54,603 nucleotides of DNA, from positions 1-54,603 of the IMG/VR virus record IMGVR_UViG_3300017754_000846; one strand, written 5' to 3'. The notes under the pieces are model-generated. The model worked only from the letters and a program-made list of their open reading frames with translations. It did not search any database and was not told the DNA's origin. Source of the DNA: a virus. Its lineage: Duplodnaviria; Caudoviricetes. Below are positions 50,401 to 54,603 of this stretch, in pieces. Both the position numbers and the translations under genes were made by a program. Numbering within the stretch: position 1 is the stretch's first letter; every line of letters starts with the position of its first letter.

Positions 50401-53400
50401 TGCTCAGTATGGACATGCAAAAGAAAACTTGCATAAAAGAAATACAGGTGCTCAATCAGGAGGAAATGGGTACCCAACAGATATTTATGCACAGAACTTT
50501 ATCAATAACATTTGGAATAAAGAAGGTAAGACATATGCTTCAACATTAGGTGCAGAGTATCCTAATATCAATTATGACGGTACAATAACTACAGCTATCA
50601 TTGAAGATGTTGAAAGACCATCTGAATACATGCCTCAGATTGAAAAAGGTTTAAGAGAAGACTACGAGAAAAGTTTAAAGGATACTGGTTTATCTAAAGA
50701 ACAAATAAGTGACATCATTGAAAAACGTATTAAAGCTGAGCTTAAAGTATATGCTGAAATGAATGAAGCAGATGGTGCCGGATATATTACTTTTGATGCA
50801 TACCGTACACTTAGAAAGCTTGAGCAAAACTGGAGTCCGCAACAAGAAGCTTTATTCCAAAATATCATCAATGGTAAAAAGGTTAAGACTTCAGATGTAG
50901 TTGAGTACTTCCCTGTATATAAGTTACAGAACTTTGGACCTTTAGCTAATAACACTTTAGCTCCGGTTACATCTATGCATAAGTTTGCCTTGGCTCCACT
51001 AATCCCAACAGAGATTGCTGGATCAGAACTTGAACACTTACATAAACAAATGATTAAAAGTGGTACACACTACTTAACATTTATATCAGGTTCTAAAGTA
51101 GGTAATGTTACATCTAATGGTAAACCTGATCAAGTGTTTACTGATGATACTATGACTAAGTTAAAAGATACACTTGAACTTACTCCTAATATTCTTAATC
51201 TTGAGTATGTCAAAAATGTAACTGAGGTTAATACACATTTTAAATCTAAAATTACTTTCCCTACTCAAATGAGAGGTATCATCTTAGATGGTCTTTATGA
51301 GAAGGGTGATATTGCTGATGCTCACAATGCTCCAATTGCAGAAGACTATATAACATCTGTAAAACAGTATAGTGATGTTTTAAAAATGGAGTTGTTAAAT
51401 GAGATTGACTATAAATATGTAGATGGTAAATATCAGGGTGACCTAGCTAAATTCTTGAAGCTAGTACAAAAAGAGTTGAGCAAGAGAGATATGCCTGAGC
51501 ATCTAGTAAATTTCATTGGAGTTAATCCGGATAAGACTTTAAAGACAGACTTATCATTACACTTAGAGGCTGAGACAATTGAGAAAACTTTACTTGCTAT
51601 TATCAATAAGAGATTGATCAAACAAAAAGTAAATGGTGAAGCCTTAGTACAAGTACCTAGTACAATGTACAATGGTTTGTGGGATAAGATGGTTAAAGTA
51701 GATAGAGCTGACAAAGATCAAGTAAGAAAATACTTGGGTTCTAATAACTTACCTTTCTACAGACCAGGTAAAGATGGAAAGACTGTACCAATGAAGATTG
51801 CAATATCGCTTCAAGGTCAGTTTGTTAACTTATTGGAACTTAATTACTTAGGAGAAAAAATTGGTACTATTGATAGATTGAATGAAGCTATTAAGAATGA
51901 TGCTTGGATTAAACAAAATCAAGAAGCTATCACAGTTACTGGAGCACGTATTCCTATTCAAGGTTTGAACTCCTTAGAGGTAGCTGAGATATGGCATTTC
52001 TTACCAGCTGAATCAGGTAATAAAATTGTGGTTCCATCTGAACTTGTAGCAAAAGCAGGATCTGACTTTGACGTTGATAAGATTTATTGGATGATGCCAA
52101 ACATCAATTCAAGAGGAGAACATATTAAATCATCTGTGACTAATGAAGAATTAACTAAGGATATTGATTCTTTGGAGGGGAAACCGGCTGACGCTAAATC
52201 AGCTGTGAGACCTGCTGTCTTAATTAAAAAACAGAAAGCAGCATTAGAGAATAAACTTATTTCAGCTACAAGAGCAATCTTAGAGTTAAAAGAAAACTAT
52301 GCTACTCTAGTTAGACCTAATGAGACTTACTTGGTTAAACCTATTGCTGATGAACTTGAAGAACATGTTATTGAATATAACCGTTTCAAGAGAAATCATA
52401 ATGAGCCTATTCAAGTTTCAACTGACGGTAAGAATAAGAAGTTAATTTCTCCTACAAGAACATTAGAGATTGGATACAATATCCATAAGCATGATGTAAA
52501 TACTACATCTAAGAGTACATTAGGTATTGATGCATTGGATAATAAATTGAGTCCTATCTGGAACTCAGTAGGAGCTAAGATGCCTGCAACATATAAGGAA
52601 TCATACTTTGATGATTACTTAAACAAATATGTTGATGGTACAGTAGACTATGAAACAAGATTGTTAATGCCTCACAATACTATGAAAAATAGTAAAGGGG
52701 AAACAGTAATTTCACTGTCTGCTAGATATAATCAAGCTGGAACACGTATTGCTGACTTACGTTCTCATAAACTTAATGGATTATTAGATGCTGAGAAAGA
52801 TGCATGGGTAGCATTTATCCAAGCAAATTTAGAGGGTACTCCTGTTATGAACTACTTAATGGATGCAGGTGTACCAGAAAAAACAATCTTTGCATTTGTA
52901 TCTCAAGGTATAACAAGAGACTATTTTGCTAAACAAAGAAACTTAAAAGGTACTTTTACTACAGCAATTAATAAAGCACCTATTGATCCTAAGTTTATTA
53001 AGTATAAAGCAGCATTAGCAGCAGAGAAATCAATACCTTTTAAATTAAAGAATAATATTATTAAAGAGGGTAGTGACTTGTATTTTAATGCAAAAGTAGC
53101 TAGTCTACCTAAAACTCAAGAAGTTTCAATTACAACAATTGATAGAACCAAATATGTAATGTCAGTTGGTGAGTTATTAGATGCAATAAAAAGTGATAAA
53201 CTACCTTTTGATCAGATTAAACTTGTAACTGGTCAAGAAGAATATTATAAGAAACCAGCTTCACTTACCGGTGCAAAACACTATTATTATATGTCATTGG
53301 CTGCAAGTAAAATTGCAGGTATCAGTAAAGACCGTATGTTTAATACGGATGAGTTAATGGAAATAGTTAAAGATCCAGGTAAACCTGAAAATGCTGCAAA

Positions 53401-54603
53401 AGAAGTAGCTGCTTTTATGCACTTCATTGAGTTAGAGAAATTAATTAGAGGAGTTGGTGCAGTTAAGAAGTCATCTAATCCTGATACTAAGATCTCTAAA
53501 AACTTACAACAAGTTAAAGCAAGAGAAACAGATTACTTAGATGTATTAGATTCATCTAAAGTAGACCGTGAATTACCTGCAGACTTGAGAAATAAGTCAG
53601 TATTGAGCTCATTCTATGTTAATGACTTATCTATAGACTTAATTGAACCATTGTTCCCATTAAGACTAAACAAAGATATATCAAGTTACTTAACAGATAA
53701 ACAAAGAGAATTCTCATCTACAATAGCTAATAAGTTTGGTGAGGGTATAGATGGCCAAGCTAAGTTTATTACTCAGTTTAATAATGGTGTGATTAACTAT
53801 ATCTTCCAGAACTACATGTCAAACTTTGTTAATACCAAAGGAGAGATAGTAGCAATGCCAGATAACTATAGAAAATTTGATGTTGTAGAAAGTAAAGAAG
53901 CAGTAAATGGAGCAGTACTGAAAGACGGTAAGATGTTAATCAATACAGCAGTACTTGAAAAAGACTTTAAGGACAAAGCTTATATTGATGGTTATGGTGG
54001 TGAAGATGGTTATGCTAGTAGAGGTTTAGTAGGTTTTTCACCACAGGATAACCCATTCCCAACTCAGTCATCATATAACCGCTATGTTCTTGAAAGAGAA
54101 TACTTAAGACATACATATGCAGATACTGAAATTAAAGAAGGTCAGAAAGAACTATTTGAGAAATTCTTAAATAAGAAAGCTTTAATGAATGTCTTTAATC
54201 AAAAAGCTATTATGGGTACAGATGCCTATTCATATACTGATCAAGTAATGGATATCATTGAAAAACATCCTGATCTAAAAGATAGATTCCCAATTCTTGG
54301 CCAGTTATCTCAAGCTCCTTATAAGAATAAGAAAGATGAGAATATCAAAGTCATGCAGTTGAATGACAAAGATATGGTTACAGCTGATCTTGCTGGTGTG
54401 TACAGACAAAACTTAAGACAACTTGCTGATGTAACAGTACGTAAAATTAAGAGTACAGAACCTAATGGTGATGTTGAGAACAAAAGAATCAGTGATATAT
54501 TTAATGTATTCTCATTAATGATGTTGTATCAACATGGTGTAGGTTATAGTAAGTTTGGTTTCCCTAAAGTATTAGATGAAACAGATTACGTAGCTGTTAT
54601 GAA
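44489..54603 (+). CDS. Giant virion RNA polymerase polyprotein with zincin-like domain (3'-truncated, >3370 aa)
   Basis: ATG 44489 (MIKCALS...). The ORF track reports no closed ORF in this frame, consistent with it being open to the end. In-frame HEAWH (47123), ADGAGY (50768), RIPIQG (51947), GSDFDVDK (DFDVD 52064-52078) and DAEKD (52787) are crAss-like two-barrel RNAP motifs. Confidence 0.9.
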   Translation, partial: MIKCALSTETVELLYKNVYAHMAEAAKAKGPFDYKAYMKFVYTNKAERSTPEQAARIVQHIPRMIIDLDNTDFFDMEDFVDLTAVKKMGQKFLNAVDGIQNVIDEFKEVDNLKPLKSTVVTKEQEAFNPPTVDPEIGQFAERFVPYSAFTSTLQEFVTINPTTKEITYDEKAEESKKHIYTALRAIKDSVSEDTPIIDSVVYQGKVLKLKAIRLSSIPQGELDTYTKNLLVKARAIDKAGNTAEGVTPADQIIALVLSDGTTGEALRFDNEGNISQTDGKLVYQFLRDARKTGNRYEVTNIYGYEDNVLNPETIASKLYDKDSGLTFEQFVEKVKEYQQADFKALYDLKQSVIKENKTETLPLLGISEGVPDFLVGSTIMLNNLSTFPNINRDTFKTIKTVQKTRGIYNKGFATITINDSEFVIDRADATDDVARQVASVLTNKNIDFSDRVDFFKQFFSNELQATTRRHETSGEYSKKEFWFNYSNLTSQESKFRNFLDNSIDLSDAAVQKKTAEELKADADKIYDVLMTGKGKSTKYPAKMMFNSDLLKKERYMTYNADTDEIVYQDYINFVQSLKTPISIFSGDPGVFNTYMKFGMPLPILDQVNAAEQRNQNNTPSETKRLKDQIVDKLRTEGVSDADVVSVSKGFAFGKHYANFKVAVAGIEGEVKVYFPNKTALISVDGKTFQDPTFPAKGDLVRVSYRPELTTEDGRVINDVLEVFGIGEDGTTQSFIGYVAETDFSQPKETPRTEPEIEEQEIEEVIEEEPAVEDARIINTGPAPTENNTAVSDLLSRGFEGLDRSGLLNNNVTKEEIKKAKEWWANSPLNKVIELTHAANLVNSNVYARFTADAKTLLEPDAPMAKITIYKKGTMVDVYHEAWHGFSQLYLSPEQKLKLYNSIREYKDKNGNTPYANKKFRDIEEMLAEDFRTFAKDPKKFNEKTKVQKSLFRKILDFLQNLFFGKTFDPAKAASKNFVTDNYPANVEALFTKLYYAGKAPALLNNYTAKIDNVSWDILNRGVEKIDNKQEDVLSKQDSTLVTASFDSVLSETIDEINDANNGVKSGTLRLLSDKPFIDKVTGLPTSNREKVYGIIKEKFDTRLKALREELGPITDKSFDSFDSLKDLEDNAVAIIRTKSGKDKYIFLSSQVDSFKNLTPELKNGELVKGESYKGAIKIVADFYLHDTIGNDTEPNIEVLVVNDARDAKVQFDAFVKGGQDDFTELVQKEIPELIDLTNEQEDLLNNIRILETTLKNWGDLNSGFLKYYTENSRYDFVRDTETDVEYVEYDENGEVISDETDVNNGKDSADLFDKQVGKKSSDQLAGKETRYIVNSLFKVNKEGGKNTYVYNSLGFKELADFSKSWSILLREIGGVKNREVAFAKLVAASNDYAPELKQLVEKKLPDPTKVTTEAEFDVSASFWRDFSLSNIPYDQLTLFPVMGTDERGQEVIGGFSMEVTDASYEASNILRKFQNRFKALQEGENPYISKVKNVTMITELDTLVNRFENKKKPGTFDTNKAIEFLRAMGIYVDDIPAIKRELNKNIEYYGVQYLYDIVKDLNDIKQNPFQNSTQAQEILNKFVVDPIGLFKSKIPPKVLKSLGDKEVYQKNIMDRLAKLQATYGLETSNSGVINAAGDMVFTYVKDFSISKQVDALNTVKNLSDVWAKLEDGTPANNDYKFMKYLDPAVNTFTMRSQLLRSVFNFESGQFDRRGDKTFRLSMVSGTQIADLNQGTNTIDLDPSGKFLQEMHTMLKGGLQEFIRAAGKKTSLGLRVNGGLIKDKGVDEKLYVDIESLVPNGQGERYAVNSILIPYIASEYDRIQKFKNNREEFKKYSGYNDKVGGTKENPIYAGEVFTAFDNILTEDTKKELLSEETVKAVEASGGDIALYIKKTPALRAKVESDIISYFGEQTSANLDFLKTAEYIDPALLEKLDNTELDELEKIATLVKAFTYNSWIHNFETVNLFLNDIAQYGHAKENLHKRNTGAQSGGNGYPTDIYAQNFINNIWNKEGKTYASTLGAEYPNINYDGTITTAIIEDVERPSEYMPQIEKGLREDYEKSLKDTGLSKEQISDIIEKRIKAELKVYAEMNEADGAGYITFDAYRTLRKLEQNWSPQQEALFQNIINGKKVKTSDVVEYFPVYKLQNFGPLANNTLAPVTSMHKFALAPLIPTEIAGSELEHLHKQMIKSGTHYLTFISGSKVGNVTSNGKPDQVFTDDTMTKLKDTLELTPNILNLEYVKNVTEVNTHFKSKITFPTQMRGIILDGLYEKGDIADAHNAPIAEDYITSVKQYSDVLKMELLNEIDYKYVDGKYQGDLAKFLKLVQKELSKRDMPEHLVNFIGVNPDKTLKTDLSLHLEAETIEKTLLAIINKRLIKQKVNGEALVQVPSTMYNGLWDKMVKVDRADKDQVRKYLGSNNLPFYRPGKDGKTVPMKIAISLQGQFVNLLELNYLGEKIGTIDRLNEAIKNDAWIKQNQEAITVTGARIPIQGLNSLEVAEIWHFLPAESGNKIVVPSELVAKAGSDFDVDKIYWMMPNINSRGEHIKSSVTNEELTKDIDSLEGKPADAKSAVRPAVLIKKQKAALENKLISATRAILELKENYATLVRPNETYLVKPIADELEEHVIEYNRFKRNHNEPIQVSTDGKNKKLISPTRTLEIGYNIHKHDVNTTSKSTLGIDALDNKLSPIWNSVGAKMPATYKESYFDDYLNKYVDGTVDYETRLLMPHNTMKNSKGETVISLSARYNQAGTRIADLRSHKLNGLLDAEKDAWVAFIQANLEGTPVMNYLMDAGVPEKTIFAFVSQGITRDYFAKQRNLKGTFTTAINKAPIDPKFIKYKAALAAEKSIPFKLKNNIIKEGSDLYFNAKVASLPKTQEVSITTIDRTKYVMSVGELLDAIKSDKLPFDQIKLVTGQEEYYKKPASLTGAKHYYYMSLAASKIAGISKDRMFNTDELMEIVKDPGKPENAAKEVAAFMHFIELEKLIRGVGAVKKSSNPDTKISKNLQQVKARETDYLDVLDSSKVDRELPADLRNKSVLSSFYVNDLSIDLIEPLFPLRLNKDISSYLTDKQREFSSTIANKFGEGIDGQAKFITQFNNGVINYIFQNYMSNFVNTKGEIVAMPDNYRKFDVVESKEAVNGAVLKDGKMLINTAVLEKDFKDKAYIDGYGGEDGYASRGLVGFSPQDNPFPTQSSYNRYVLEREYLRHTYADTEIKEGQKELFEKFLNKKALMNVFNQKAIMGTDAYSYTDQVMDIIEKHPDLKDRFPILGQLSQAPYKNKKDENIKVMQLNDKDMVTADLAGVYRQNLRQLADVTVRKIKSTEPNGDVENKRISDIFNVFSLMMLYQHGVGYSKFGFPKVLDETDYVAVM

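Noticed and set aside
1337-51714. Numerous short minus-strand and out-of-frame ORFs in the track
   Set aside because: All overlap long + strand genes and read as antisense or frame shadows with no recognisable motifs.
1-54603. Stop-codon reassignment (TAG/TGA), known in some crAss-like phages
   Set aside because: Genes are full length in code 11, and TAG (9601, 19176) and TGA (19822) act as genuine stops with properly placed downstream genes.
44478-54603. Apparent 10-kb ORF-free region
   Set aside because: It is a single ORF running off the window end.
1-54603. CRISPR array, tRNA genes, diversity-generating retroelement, invertible cassette
   Set aside because: Intergenic gaps are short, and no spaced direct repeats, cloverleafs, TR/VR pairs, reverse transcriptase or recombinase were seen.

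Overview
Structural (late) half of a crAss-like bacteriophage genome (Crassvirales-type podophage). The host is probably a Bacteroidota species, inferred from AT-rich leaders without Shine-Dalgarno motifs and from gene content. All real genes are on the + strand in standard code 11. Gene order: 5'-truncated terminase large subunit, portal, putative scaffold, major capsid protein, a conserved post-capsid gene, five small very basic proteins (one DUF6321-like, one 49-aa ORF missing from the ORF track), ring protein, Dps/ferritin-like protein, auxiliary capsid protein, a cysteine-rich tail hub/fibre module, a DEDD exonuclease, an IHF-like protein, two ring proteins, the muzzle/tail-stabilisation protein and five large cargo/ejection proteins. 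The last ORF (44489 to the end, >3370 codons) is absent from the ORF track and encodes the virion RNA polymerase (DFDVD) fused to a zincin HEAWH domain. The most interesting signal is a [MFYKA]-[QKAE]-x-G-G motif repeated about 30 times across the small basic proteins and the first three cargo proteins. It punctuates them into modules, including a pre-toxin-like helix pair, a thrice-repeated acidic mini-domain and cationic amphipathic peptides, and is a candidate polyprotein-processing or capsid-loading code. Other notable signals are a 17-bp palindromic operator coupled to a TATATT promoter, a structured RNA element whose loop is antisense to a leader motif, head-to-tail cysteines between adjacent genes, and extreme TCG/CGA depletion. 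Family assignments rest on recognised motifs and synteny; no searches were run.
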